From assembly GCF_006345805.1 (NCBI RefSeq), contig NC_043019.1, positions 5,455,360 through 5,519,359 of the forward strand: DNA of 64,000 nt, in the 5' to 3' direction. Below the pieces are notes generated by a model, which was not told the origin of the DNA, searched no databases, and worked only from the letters and a program-made list of their open reading frames with translations. The DNA comes from Octopus sinensis (taxonomy: Eukaryota). This document shows positions 48,847 to 61,850 of this stretch, piece by piece; position 1 is the stretch's first letter; the number at the start of each line of letters is the position of its first letter. The position numbers were made by a program, and so were the translations under genes.

Positions 48847-49359
48847 TGACTAGGTTAAGCTGGATAATCCTTCCAAAGGTGAGACTTTGAGGTCAGTTGT
48901 GAGGAAAAAAGAACAAATAAAAAAAAATTATTGCACAAATTTGGTCATGATTTGAGGGGAACATTGAAGAGAAAGTGACATTTGGCATCGTGTGATGGGA
49001 GAAAGAAATAGAAGGAATTCCTCAAAGATTCCCACTTCTTAGCCATTGATGCCACTGTCTGTCGGCGGCATTCCCCACCCCTAGGAAATGTCATCATGTG
49101 TCCCCCCCCCACTACTTTCAATATTGGTGGAAAGGCATGTTCATCACCAGACATTCTTCACATATTGTTTTGGAAACAAACAAAAAAAAAATATATTACA
49201 TAAACTTACCAAATCTCTATGACTTCTTCAGACTTTCCATTACCTGACATTTTATGAAGAGAATGGTAGATTTTTGGAGGTGGATGAATAATGAAGAGGA
49301 GACAAAGACATCCTTGCCAAATTCATTATCAAGGTCATTCAGTACAGTTTCTCACTCTA

Positions 49360-49399
<40 letters not shown>

Positions 49400-49609
49400 C
49401 TTTCTTTCTCTCTCTCTTTTACCATGCACAGAAACATTCCAAGTGCATGCACTGGTGAAAAAAATGGATAAAAGCACACATTTTACACATGTATGTATAT
49501 ATGTATAAACACACTCACATTCACACAGACACATACACACACTCATATACATACATACATACATGCATGCATACATATATATATATACATATATATATAT
49601 ATGTATATA

Positions 49610-49651
<42 letters not shown>

Positions 49652-51014
49652 ATATATGTTCATACACACTCACACGAAGTCCCATATCGCCTTATAAGTA
49701 TATTTTTAGGTAAAAAAGAGACAAAATATATGAGATATTCTGAAAAATTAAATAGAAATAGTTCTGTATTTATGAATATATATATATAAGAAAAGAAAAT
49801 GGAGATAAGGAAGTTAATAATTGTTTATTATTAACAAATATATATATACATACATATATACATATATACATGCACACTCACATACACACACACACATATA
49901 TATGAATATATTTATCCCTGGAGTCATAATAGATTTGAATGTATCACAATATTGTGTTTGAATAAAAGTATTGTGTGTGTGTTTGTGTGTGTGTGTGTTG
50001 GTGTGTGTGTATGTGTTCTGTCTGTGTGTCTGTTCTGTACATATCTTCCAATGACTGTAAATTACTCCATTCTAATAGGGCAGCAAAGGTTACTGCTGCG
50101 AATGTTTCCACTGTCTACAGTAACAGCAGCAGTAACAACAACAACAACAACAACAGCACCAACAAATACGACAACAACAACAGTAAAAACTACAACAAAA
50201 ACATCAATAACAACACTAAAAATTGAAATAGATCAGTTTGGTGAGGGCTGACCAGGGGTTAAACAACAACAACACAAACAACTCTGACAATAAAATAAAA
50301 ATAAAAAACTATTGAAAAACAAAATAAAGAAACCAAATATAATTGTTATGTATTGGATTTAATTATTGTTGTGGACTGGCAGAACGATTAGAGTTCTTGC
50401 TCTTTATGTTCTGGGTTCAAATCCTGCTGAGGTTAGTGTTGTCTTTCGTTTTTTTTCTGAAGTTCATAAAATTCAGTACCAGTTATATACTGGGTCAATT
50501 TCCTGGACTATGTAAGAAATAAATTGTTGTTGTTGTCTTTTGGTTTTACCTGGAAAATATTTTAATAAGACATACTAATATGTAATATATGTGGCGTGTG
50601 TGTTTGTAAGGGTGTGTGCTGTTAGCTTTGTTATGAAGAAACTTTGTTGTAAAATACCCTGGGCTGCCTATTTCATAAAATATTTATAGTTAAGTGGTTG
50701 GTAACATACTTAATGTAGTGATTCAATAAATGTAAGTTCATTAAAATTACTTTGCTTGTAATGAGATCAAATGATTCTATTAGTGCTCAATAATTGTCAT
50801 CTATGAAAACATGGAGAGGCAACCATATAAATGAAATCTAGAATGTAATGAGGTGTTGGTCTAAGGTTCAGCTGTGGGGACGCTGTGTGTCCCTAAATAC
50901 TCATTGCCACTCACTGGTTCTTGGTTATTCCATATATCACTTCTCTAGTCATTATATTTGAAGCTATCAGGTTAGTCTTCACTGAGGAGGCTTAATTTGC
51001 CTGAAACATGTCCA

Positions 51015-51179
51015 GAGTGGCTGTGTGGTAAGTAGCTTGCTAACCAACCACATGGTTCTGGGTTCAGTCCCACTGTGTGGCATCTTGGGCAAGTGTCTTC
51101 TGCTATAGCCCCGGGCCGACCAATGCCTTGTGAGTGGATTTGGTAAGCGGAAACTGAAAGAAGCCTGTCGTATATATGC

Positions 51180-51213
<34 letters not shown>

Positions 51214-51415
51214 TTGTGTGTTTGTGTTTGTCCCCCTAGCATTGCTTGACAACCGATGCTGGTGTGTTTACGTCCCCGTAACTTAGCGGTTCGGCAAAAG
51301 TGACTGATAGAATAAGTACTGGGCTTACAAAGAATAAGTCCCGGGGGCGATTTGCTCGACTAAAGGCGGTGCTCCAGCATGGCCACAGTCAAATGACTGA
51401 AACAAGTAAAAGAGA
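51015..51415 (+). mobile_element. SINE S1, full length
   Basis: Head, internal microsatellite and body present. Confidence 0.85.
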
Positions 51416-51734
51416 GTTATCAGTACATGACCAAAGATCATTGTATTCTATTTGGGATTTATATTACTTTCAAAATTACCTGCCTTGTCTTTGTTGACCA
51501 GAACTAATCAATGCGATAGCAGTAATCCTCATTAGTGTGGGATAACGAATTATTTAAGATAACTCCACTCCCAATATCAGGTCTGTTATAATCATACTGA
51601 TGGTGGGGGGGGTCGCTGTTGTTAGGGCTAATGAGGAAAGTTTATAACGAATTTTTGTTTTCTAATGAGAGGATGAAAGAGAGAGTGTGGGTGCTAGAGA
51701 GAGAGGGAGGGTGGTGTTGGTGCTGGTGGTGGTG

Positions 51735-51790
<56 letters not shown>

Positions 51791-51919
51791 ATTTAATGAC
51801 AAATAATACTTTGTTGTTTTATTCTTGTTTTTGTCCTTTTATTGAATATTTTTCTATTTTCCTTCATTTGCCCCACCCACACCTACACACACATAACACT
51901 TTGTTTCACCATTTGCGCG

Positions 51920-52028
51920 CGTGCATACACACACACACACATGCACACACATATACACACACACACTCACACACACATATACACACTCACACACACACAC
52001 ACACATACACACTCACACACACATACAC

Positions 52029-52065
<37 letters not shown>

Positions 52066-52415
52066 ACACACACACATATACACACACACATACAAACACA
52101 CATACACACACACATGCACACACACACACACACACTCACACACACATATACACACTCACACACACACACACACACACATACACACTCACACACACACACA
52201 TATACACACACACATACAAACACACTCACACACACACATGCACACACACACACACACATACACACTCACACACACACACATATACACACACACATACAAA
52301 CACACATACACACACATGCACACACACATGCACACACACATATACACACACACTCACACACACACATACACACACACATGCACACACACACACATGCACA
52401 CACATGCACACACAA
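51920..52415. repeat. (CA)-rich complex repeat
   Basis: Direct inspection. Confidence 0.95.
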
Positions 52416-52820
52416 TAAATGTGCAATACGAAGCTGCTGCTGCTGCTGTAGAGAAAGTTGTAAATTCTATCTTTTTTTTCTTTTTTTTTTTTTTTTCTTG
52501 TTTTGTTTTGTTTTGGAACCATTTCTGAAGAGATTCACACCTCAACCCCTCTATTCACTCATTAAATGGATGTAGAATTACTATTTATTGATGTTACATG
52601 TGTGTATATATATATATATATATTATATAATATATATATATATATACATACACACTCACACATATATATATACATATAGATATACATATAAAGATATAGA
52701 TGCATACATTTACATACATATATATATAATGTATATATATAATAACGGGAAGGTTTACGAAAATAAATTTATTTATTTATATATATATGTATACATATAT
52801 ATATATATAGATGCATACTT

Positions 52821-52859
<39 letters not shown>

Positions 52860-52867
<8 letters not shown>

Positions 52868-52900
52868 CACATATAAAGATATAAATGCAAACATATACAT

Positions 52901-52947
<47 letters not shown>

Positions 52948-53131
52948 ATAAAGATATAAATGCAAACATATACATACATACATGTATATATATATATATA
53001 TATAGTATATATATATATATACACACATATAAAGATATAAATGCAAACATATACATACATACATGTATATATATATATATATATAATATATATAACAACA
53101 CATATAAAGATATAAATGCAAACATATACAT

Positions 53132-53179
<48 letters not shown>

Positions 53180-53225
53180 TAAAGATATAAATGCAACATA
53201 TACATACATACATGTATATATATAT
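52860..53225. repeat. ~55-70 bp minisatellite (AAAGATATAAATGCAAACATATACATACATACATG(TA)n), about 6 units
   Basis: Direct inspection. Confidence 0.85.
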
Positions 53226-53593
53226 ATATGTATATATACATACACATGTATGTGTGTGTGGGGGGGTGTAGTAAATGTAACTTTGATTCCAACTGTCTCG
53301 TTCCTGTGTCCATCCACCCGTTTCATCCTGTCCCTGGTGAGAGTAAGAGTGGGGGAGTGGTGGGGGGGGACAACTGTTGAAGTTAAATTTACATTAAATA
53401 TTGTGTGTGTATGTGTATGTGTGTGTGTTTGTGTGTGTATGTGTGTGCGTGTGTGTCTATGCTTACATGTATGCGTGTGCATGCATTTCTTCAAATTTAT
53501 CCGAATATTTTTTCCTCTTTCTGCACACACACAGATATACAAGCACATACGTATATCAGATTAATTATTCTAAACATGCACACAGGTACACAC

Positions 53594-53625
<32 letters not shown>

Positions 53626-54149
53626 TCACACACACATGTACATAAACATATACACATATAGACATCTGTACATATACAAATACAAATATGCATGTGTGTG
53701 TATATATGTTCATACCCTTATACACATATGCCACACATATATGTATATAAACATACATATATCATCTATATATATATATATATATATTATACATACATAA
53801 TACAAAATATATATATACATTATATACATATATATAATATATATATATATATATGCATATGCATACAGTCATTTATGCGTTTGTGTGTACATATATACGT
53901 ATGTATACGCACACACACAAATCTTAATTATTTTCCACTCTGTTTTTTTCTTGATCTCATGGGTGACAAAAGAGTCTATTATGTATGCAAGTTAATAAAG
54001 CATTTCTCTGACATCAACAGAAACCTTTTATGTATTTCATTTTCTCATGCTAATCAATTTTATTTCTTACAGCAAAATAATTTTCTGTTTACCTTCTGTC
54101 CACTCTTATCAGGTATGATGCCCAACACTGGCTGACCCCTGTAGCTAGT

Positions 54150-54710
54150 TCCTTCTCGAGTCATGCCTGGCTCATAAGGGCCGGTTTCCTGGTTTCCTTG
54201 GCGTATAGGTTCCCCACTTGGACGGGACGCCGGTCAGTCGCAGGTGAGCTGCAAGATGCAGGAGGAAAGAGTGAGAGAAAGTTTCTGTGAAAGAGTCAGC
54301 AGAAGTTTGGCATTAACTTCTGCCGGAGCCACGTGGAGCTTAGGTGTTTCGCTCATAAACACACACATCGCCCGCTCTGAGATTTGAACCTGCGATCCCT
54401 CAACCGCATGTCCACTGTTGTTTGTTTGTTCCTTCTCGAGCCATGCCTGGCTCATAAGGGTCGGTTTCCTTGGCATATAGGTTCCCCACCTGGACAGGAC
54501 GCAGGTGAGCTGCAAGATGCAGGAGGAAAGAGTGAGAGAAAGTTGTGGTGAAAGAGCCAGCAGAAGTTTGCCATTAACTTCTGCCGGAGTCGCATGGAGC
54601 TTAGGTGTTTTCGCTCATAAACACACACATCACCCGGTCTGAGATTCGAACCTGTGATCCCTCGACTGAGAGTCCACTGCTCTAACCACTAGTCCATGTG
54701 CCTCCACACC
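54150..54710 (-). mobile_element. Two tandem SINEs, head A + tail 3
   Basis: TTCCTTCTCGAGxCATGCCTGGCTCATAAGGG occurs twice about 280 bp apart; head A on the minus strand. Confidence 0.8.
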
Positions 54711-55461
54711 CTGTGGCTAGTGTCTCTGCTGTTCTTCATACGGACCACCATGGTCATTCCAGCTCATAACCCTCAACTACCATTGAAAGAACTGACATTA
54801 TTTGGAAGATTCCACTGAGATTTTCAAACAGTGAGAGTGACTCATTCAACTCAGCCCCTTCCTCTTTAAGTGTTTGGTATTGAGCCAATCTTAGGAATAA
54901 TAATAATAATAATCCTTTCTACTATAGGCACAAGGCCTGAGACTTCTGGGGAGGGGACTTGTCAATTACAGCAACACCAGTGTTTCATTGATACTTAATT
55001 TATCGACCCTCAAAAATAGAAAGGCAAAGTCGACCTTAGTGGAATTGAACTGAAAACATTCAAATTCTGCCAGGATGGGCTACAGCGAATATTCTGCTCA
55101 ATATCACAGATGTGCTTGTCAGTTGCATGACCTTAACCATTTGAGCATGTCCTTTGGTGGCTGACAATATGTGCATCTCTGACTGCGAGCAGAAGTAGTG
55201 GGGGAGCATCATAGCCATGTGTTGAGAGGAATTCTTTGGCGTTTGAATAATTCACCTTTGGAAACATGAGTATTTTGTTCAACATTCTTAAACAACCCTT
55301 ATTAAGGGACCTTTTGAGCAGTATGAAGAAAATTCTAACTGGGCCCCACCTGCAAGTTTATGCGCTGTTTATCTTGATATGAGGTCACCATGTCACATAT
55401 ATATGGTTGTGATGCATGTGCCTAGTGTACCCTTATCAGACAGGTAATCAAGATGGGTATA

Positions 55462-55608
55462 CTGGGTTGGCCCAAAAGTAAGTTCACAGTTATCACATAG
55501 GCACATTAAGTTTCTTTTAAAACATTTTAATACATTTAAATTTCTATCTTACAAACTGAAAAGGGAGCTTGACAAAATTAACTGTAAACCTACTTTTGGA
55601 CCACCCTG
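55462..55608. mobile_element. Mariner-type MITE nested in a copy of the ~560 bp element (55075-55660)
   Basis: CTGGGTTGGCCCAAAAGTAAGTT / AACCTACTTTTGGACCACCCTG TIRs, TA flanks. Confidence 0.75.
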
Positions 55609-55861
55609 TATTTGGACCTCATGTCACTTTGAAAGCATGTACTGCTCTTTTACTCAATGATAATAATAGTTTCAAATTTTGGCACAAGGCCAGCAATTTC
55701 AGGGGAGGGGTTAAGTTGATTACATCGACCCCAGTGCTCAACTGGTACTTATTTTATCAACCCCAAAAGATGTAAAATATAGTTGAACTCAGAATGTAAA
55801 GTTGAACAAAAACCACTGAGCGTTTCATCCAGTGTGCTAACAATTCTGTCAGCTCACCGCC

Positions 55862-55894
<33 letters not shown>

Positions 55895-56463
55895 GTTTAA
55901 AATTTTGGCACAAGGCCAGCAATTTCAGGGGAAGGGGTAAGTCGTTTTCACAACCCTTCTATCCTCATGCTCAACTGGTAAAGTCAACCTTGGTGGTATT
56001 TGAACTCATTTTGCCCAGCATGCATACAGTTCTGCCATCTTGTCACCTTAATAATAATAATAATCCTTTCTATTATAGACACAAGGCCTAAAATTTGTGA
56101 GGAGGGGATAAGTTGATAACATCAACCCCAGTGCATAACTGGTACTTATTTAATTGACCCCCAAAAGGACGAAAGGCAAAGTCAACCTTGGCAGAATTTG
56201 AACTCAGAACGCAGCGGTAGATGAAATACTGCATTTAGCCTTGAGTGCTAACGATTCTGCCAGCTCAATAATGATAATAATAATAAGAAGAAGAAGAAGA
56301 AAAGGAAGAATGTTTTCGTTACTAACCATTAAGGGTTCATAAAAGATACTGCCTGCCCTTCCCGGCCAAAGGTAAGTGGCAGGACAATCTTCATGATGGG
56401 CTTAGCCAATAGCCAAATCTGTCTTACATGTGACAGGAGGTGTTCAACATAATCATGATGATG

Positions 56464-56505
<42 letters not shown>

Positions 56506-56512
56506 GTAATAA

Positions 56513-57106
56513 TTCCAGTACATACAGACCGAACCATCATTCCAGTACATACAGACCGAACCATCAAATGTAACGATTCTGTGGGACTTTCCAGTACATA
56601 CAGACCGAACCATCAAAGCCAATAAACCGGATATTGTTGTGAAAGACCAAAACAATAAAGTTTGCTTATTGATCGACATGAGCATCCCCTGTGATCATAA
56701 TATCTCGGGGAAAGAGTTTGACAAGCTCAGAAAATATAAAGACCTACTCATTGAAATTGAGAAAATGTGGCATCTCAAGGCGGTTACAATACCAGTGATC
56801 GTAGGAGCACTAGGAATGATCAAGAAGGGAACCGAAAATTACATGAGAATGATCCCTGGCTTACCATCCCTGCAAGAAGTGCAAAAGATTGTCTTAACTG
56901 GTACATCACACGTATTGAGAAGAGCATTGTCGATGTGAGAACTGTTGCTGCTCATGTATTTTAATTTAACTTAAAAAAAAAAAAATGAACAAACTAGTGA
57001 GTTTAGTTTAATGGCCTACCAATGTATACTATGAGTTTCTTTGCCCTAGGAGTCGGGAAGACACTTGGCAAGAAATGGAAGCAAATTTGAAAGAACAAAA
57101 AAAAAA
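56513..57106 (+). mobile_element. R4/Dong 3' fragment, copy 2
   Basis: Nearly identical to 23395-23933 but with an open RLE frame (NKPDIVVKD..RRALSM*); follows (AAT)n. Confidence 0.9.
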
Positions 57107-57184
57107 TAGTAATAAAAATACAATGTGGGGTTACATGAAAGGTGTGTAAAAAGTAAAAAAACAGTAACAATACAAAATAACAAT

Positions 57185-57635
57185 GAATAATTCCTCAAAA
57201 GGAGACTTTCTATAGGTGCTCATGGAGACCCTACATAACCATGGTCACCCTGATCGCTAGGGAAAGGTGCCCTCTCCACAGTGTCCTCCTTCAGCCTACA
57301 GATGCATGTATAGTGTAGGTCCATCTATTCAGACCATTCTTGTAACATTCACCCACCCCTCAACAAAATTGCTGCGAGGCAACCCTTCCCTCTCTACCCT
57401 CACTTTCCTTTTCAAGTGAAACTTGAAAAATTTGATGAGGGTTTGGCCAAAGAGGAAAGGATCTGTCTTCAGCTCTTTCAGTCTGGTCCACCACACAACC
57501 TCTTCTGCTTAGGCCACCAGGCAAAGAAACACTGCCTGCCCTTCCCGGCCAAAGGTAAGTGGCAGGACGATCTTCATGATGGGCTTAGCCCATAGCCAAA
57601 TCTGTCTTACATGTGACAGGAGGTGTTCAACATAA
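57185..57635 (-). mobile_element. L1/Tx1-like ORF2 3' fragment
   Basis: The minus strand reads ..TRLKELKTDPFLFGQTLIKFFKFHLKRKVRVERE..GWVNVTRMV, typical in style of Tx1-type ORF2 C-termini. Confidence 0.5.
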
Positions 57636-57652
57636 GAATGATAATAATAATA

Positions 57653-57951
57653 ATATTGTTGTATTTAGGGATGGTCATGTTGCCAGTTTAGCCAATAAAA
57701 ACACACGCACTATATATTTGGTGTTACTTTGCTTCAGCTTTATATATTTTTTACTCTAATCTTAATCTTATTTCGGCTAGAGTTCTTTCGTCACACTCCT
57801 GTGACCTCATCAGTGGTCCTTTGCTTTCTTCTTTCTTATTTGTGATTAATGTAAAAAATAAATAACACTGAAGCAAAGTAACACCAAATATATAGTGCGT
57901 GTGTTTTTATTGGTTAACTGGCAAAATGACCATTCCTAAATACAACAATAT
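57653..57951. repeat. Inverted-repeat cassette (85 bp arms) enclosing a hammerhead-like motif (type E, minus, ~57775-57819)
   Basis: Arms 57653-57737 / 57868-57951; core GGACCA-CUGAUGA-G-GUCAC(AGGAGU)GUGAC-GAAA. Confidence 0.8.
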
Positions 57952-58409
57952 CTGTTTCAACACACGATTTCACAAAACAAATATATAAACATAATAATAA
58001 TTATTATTTCTTTACTACCCACAAGGGGCTAAACACAGAGGGGACAAACAAAGATATACAAACGGATTAAGTCGATTATATCGACCCCAGTGTGTAACTG
58101 GTACTTAATTTATCGACCCCGAAAGGATGAAAGGCCTGAAATTTGTAAGGAGGGGACTATTTGATTACATTGACCCCAGTGTTTCACTGGTACTTAATTT
58201 ATCGACCCTGAAAGGATGAGGGGCCAAGTCCACCCTGACAATATTTGAAATCAGAACATAGTGACTGGTGCAATACTGCCAAGCACTTCATCCGGTATTC
58301 TAAAATAACGATAATAATAATAATAGTAGTAATCTATTAATTATTGGCAGAAGGCTTGGAATTTGGTCGGGGTGGAAGATAGGGGATTACATCGACCCTG
58401 AAAGGATGA

Positions 58410-58595
58410 AAGTAGTAGTGGTGGTGTTATTGGTAGTGGTAGTGGTAGTAGTAGTAGTGGTGGTGGTGGTGGTGGTGGTAGTAGTAGTAGTGGTGGTGGT
58501 GGTGGTGGTGGTGGTGGTGGTGGTGGTATAGTAGTAGTAGTAGTGGTGGTGGTGGTGGTGGTGGTAGTAGTAGTAGTGGTGGTGGTGGTGGTGGT
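58410..58595. repeat. (GGT)n/(GTA)n microsatellite
   Basis: Direct inspection. Confidence 0.9.
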
Positions 58596-58802
58596 CTATT
58601 TATTGAAGCTTTGTGATTGGAAATCAAAGAAATCACTGATTGGCAAATATAAATTTATTAATGAATCACTTCAAATGCAACGTCCCTCACTTTGATCTCC
58701 AATAATGTATCACCACTAAATAACAAACACAATACAACGTGGTACATCACACAGATATTGCAGGTCCAGCGAAGAAGAGTGTGATATCCGTCTGTCTATG
58801 AG

Positions 58803-58846
<44 letters not shown>

Positions 58847-59101
58847 CCTCTCACACACAACAACATATATATATATATAGGAAAGAATGATGGCTTTGTT
58901 ACCACCTGAGAATCCATTTCCGAGATATGGCCTGTATCCAAATAATATATTTTAAATTCTTTCTTGGTCAGACTTGGTGGATTTTAATTGCTCTTCACCA
59001 AAATTGGTCAAATGCAAACCTTGGAATGCCTCAACTGCCATTAATAGATCTTTATGCCAGCAGCAGCTGCAATAATAATAATGATAATAATAACAACAAC
59101 G

Positions 59102-59139
<38 letters not shown>

Positions 59140-59242
59140 CCTTTCTACTATACAAACGAAGTCTGAAATTGTGGCGGAGGGGGCTAGTCAATTACATCGT
59201 CCCCAGTATTTTACTGGTACTTAATTTATCAATCACAAAAGG

Positions 59243-59881
59243 TTTTTAGGGTTTTTTCAATCAAGGCCATGCTGCCAACAAAAAAGCACGCGGAGTTCTG
59301 TTTTTGATTCGACGGTCATTCGGAATGCTCACAGCCGCTATATTCCTACTGCTCTATGTCACGCAGGTGAGACCCATATTGGAGTATGGGATTCAAGCCT
59401 CTTCTCCTTATCTCCTCAAAGACATACAGCATCTCGAAAAAGTCCAGAAGCTGGCTACCCGCATGGTTCTTGGTCTCAAGCATTTGTCTTATGAAAAAAG
59501 GCTGAAGACACTCGACCTTTATTCTCTAGAAAAACGCAGCCGCCATGGTGACATCATAAGCGGTAAGTGTAACCTCTCGAAAGAGCTGTTCTTCACTCCT
59601 GCTCCAGAGCGTTGGCTGCGGGGTCACTCCGAAAAGCTCTATCTGCGATGATTTCATCTCAATTGAAAGAGAGGGGCTTTCTCCGTCCGGGTTGCGGATC
59701 TGTGGAATAAGCTACCGGACGAGATAGTGAAGATGCCAACGACCGCTCAGTTCAAAGTCTCCCTTGACCACAAGTGGCCTGAACTCTTTACATGAACACC
59801 ACCCTGTACATAACTCCATGTTCCACTACATGGCCTTGCTTTTTGCTTTTTGAGCCAAATAATTAACTAACTAACTAACTA
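59243..59881 (+). mobile_element. CR1-clade LINE 3' end with (TAAC)n tail, nested in an S2-related SINE
   Basis: LYVTQVRPILEYG..LEKVQKLATRM..LSYEKRL..LYSLEKR..RGHS..FSVRV..WNKLP; TSD ACAAAAGG at 59235-59242 and 59882-59889. Confidence 0.9.
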
Positions 59882-59998
59882 ACAAAAGGATGAAAGGCAA
59901 AGTTGACCTTGGTGGAATTTGAACTCAGAACGTAGTGGCAGGCGGAATACCATTATACATTTTGCTTGGTGTGAAAACGATTCTGCTTGCTTACCACC

Positions 59999-60043
<45 letters not shown>

Positions 60044-60758
60044 GTAGTAGTAATAATGATTTCATTTATTTGCCACCAATGCAAAGGATGAAGTGGACAA
60101 TACAAAACATCATCATCATCATCATCATCATCGTTTAACATCCGCTTTCCATGCCAGCATGGGTTGGACGATTTTGACTGAGGGCTGGCGAACCAGACGG
60201 CCGCACCAGGCTCCAATCTTTATTTGGCAGAGTTTCTACAGCTGGATGCCCTTCCTAACGCCAACCACTCCGTGTAAGTATGCATGGTATAGTGTGAAAA
60301 AGGGAAAATTATATAATATATAAAGGTTAACAAAAAGAAAAAAAGGGATTAGCCCTAGAGGTCTTCCTGTATCAGGAGAACTACATCAATAATGATAGTA
60401 ATAATTTTAAATTTTGGCACAAGGCCTGTAATTTCGAGGGAGGAAGTAAGTTGACGATATTGACCCCAGTGTTCTGCTGGTACTTATTTTATTGACCCAA
60501 AAGGATGAAAGGTATAAAGTGATTGATGATGATGATGTGGTATATAATTTTTTGTGCAGGGGTTCCTTGAGAAATGTAATTTATTTTAAGGGTTACGTAA
60601 GGGTAAAAAGGTTGAGAAACATTGGTAGAGATGAATGAAAGGTCCCTAAGTATTTTGTCCAGCCTGCTAACCATTCTGTCAGCTCACTGCCTTATGATAA
60701 CAATAACAGCGATAACAGTAAAGGTTGTCCCTGCTGTTATTGGAGCATTGGGTTCCGT

Positions 60759-61850
60759 ACCTATTTCTTTACTACCCACAAGGGGCTAAACACAGAGGGG
60801 ACAAACAAGGGCAGACAAAGGGATTATGTCGGCAGACGAAATACCTATTTCTTTTCTACCCACAAGGGGCTAAACACAGAGAGGACAAACAAGGACAGAC
60901 AAAGGGATTATGTCGGCAGACGAAATACCTCTTTCTTTACTACCCACAAGGGGCTAAACACAGAGGGGACAAACAAGGACGGACCAAAGGGATTAGTCGC
61001 AGACGAAATACCTATTTCTTTTCTACCCACACAATGGGCTACTACACACACAGGGGGGAGGACAAACAGGACAACAGACAAAGGGATTATGTCGGCAGAC
61101 GAAATACCTATTTCTTTCTACATACAAGGGGCTAAACACAGAGGGGACAAACAAAGACAGACAAAGGGATTATGTTGGCAGACGAAATACCTATTTCTTT
61201 ACTACCCACAAGGGCTAAACACAGAGGGGACAAAGAAGGACAGACTAAGGGATTATGTCGGCAGACGAAATACCTATTTCTTTACTACCCACAAGGGGCT
61301 AAACACAGAGGGGACAAACAGGGACAGACAAACGGATTAAGTCGATTATATCAACCCCAGTGCGTAACTGGTACTTATTTAATCGACCCCGAAAGGATGA
61401 AAGAAAAAGTCGACCTCGGCGGAATTTGAACTCAGAACATAATGGCAGACGAAATACCTATTTCTTTATTACCCACAAGGGGCTAAACACAGAGAGGACA
61501 AACAAACGGATTAAGTCGATTATATCGACCTCAGTGCGTAACTGGTACTTATTTAATCAACCTCGAAAGGATGAAAGGCAAAGTCGACCTCGGCGGAATT
61601 TGAACTCAGAACATAATGGCAGACGAAATACCTATTTCTTTACTACCCACAAGGGGCTAAACACAGAGAGGACAAACGGATTAAGTCGATTATATCGACC
61701 CCAGTGCGTAACTGGTACTTATTTAATCGACCCCGAAAGGATGAAAGGCAAAGTCGACCTCGGTGGAATTTGAACTCAGAACGTAGCGGCAGACGAAATA
61801 CTGCTAAGCATTTCGCCCGGCATGCTAACGATTCTGCCGGCTTGCCACCT
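60759..61850 (-). repeat. Expanded S2 SINE: about 7 x 83-84 bp units followed by ~175 bp units and the head
   Basis: ACCTATTTCTTTACTACCCACAAGGGGCTAAACACAGAGGGGAC starts at ~60759, 60843, 60927, 61010, 61106, 61189 and 61272. Confidence 0.9.

Noticed and set aside
49205-49245. Possible 34 nt minus-strand exon (GNGKSEEVIEI) and similar splice-like signals near 53.3 kb
   Set aside because: Isolated signals without a recognisable protein or partner exons; such matches are expected by chance in 64 kb.
60759-61340. Regular array resembling CRISPR
   Set aside because: Units repeat over their full length with no unique spacers, derive from a SINE body, and sit in a eukaryotic context with no cas genes.
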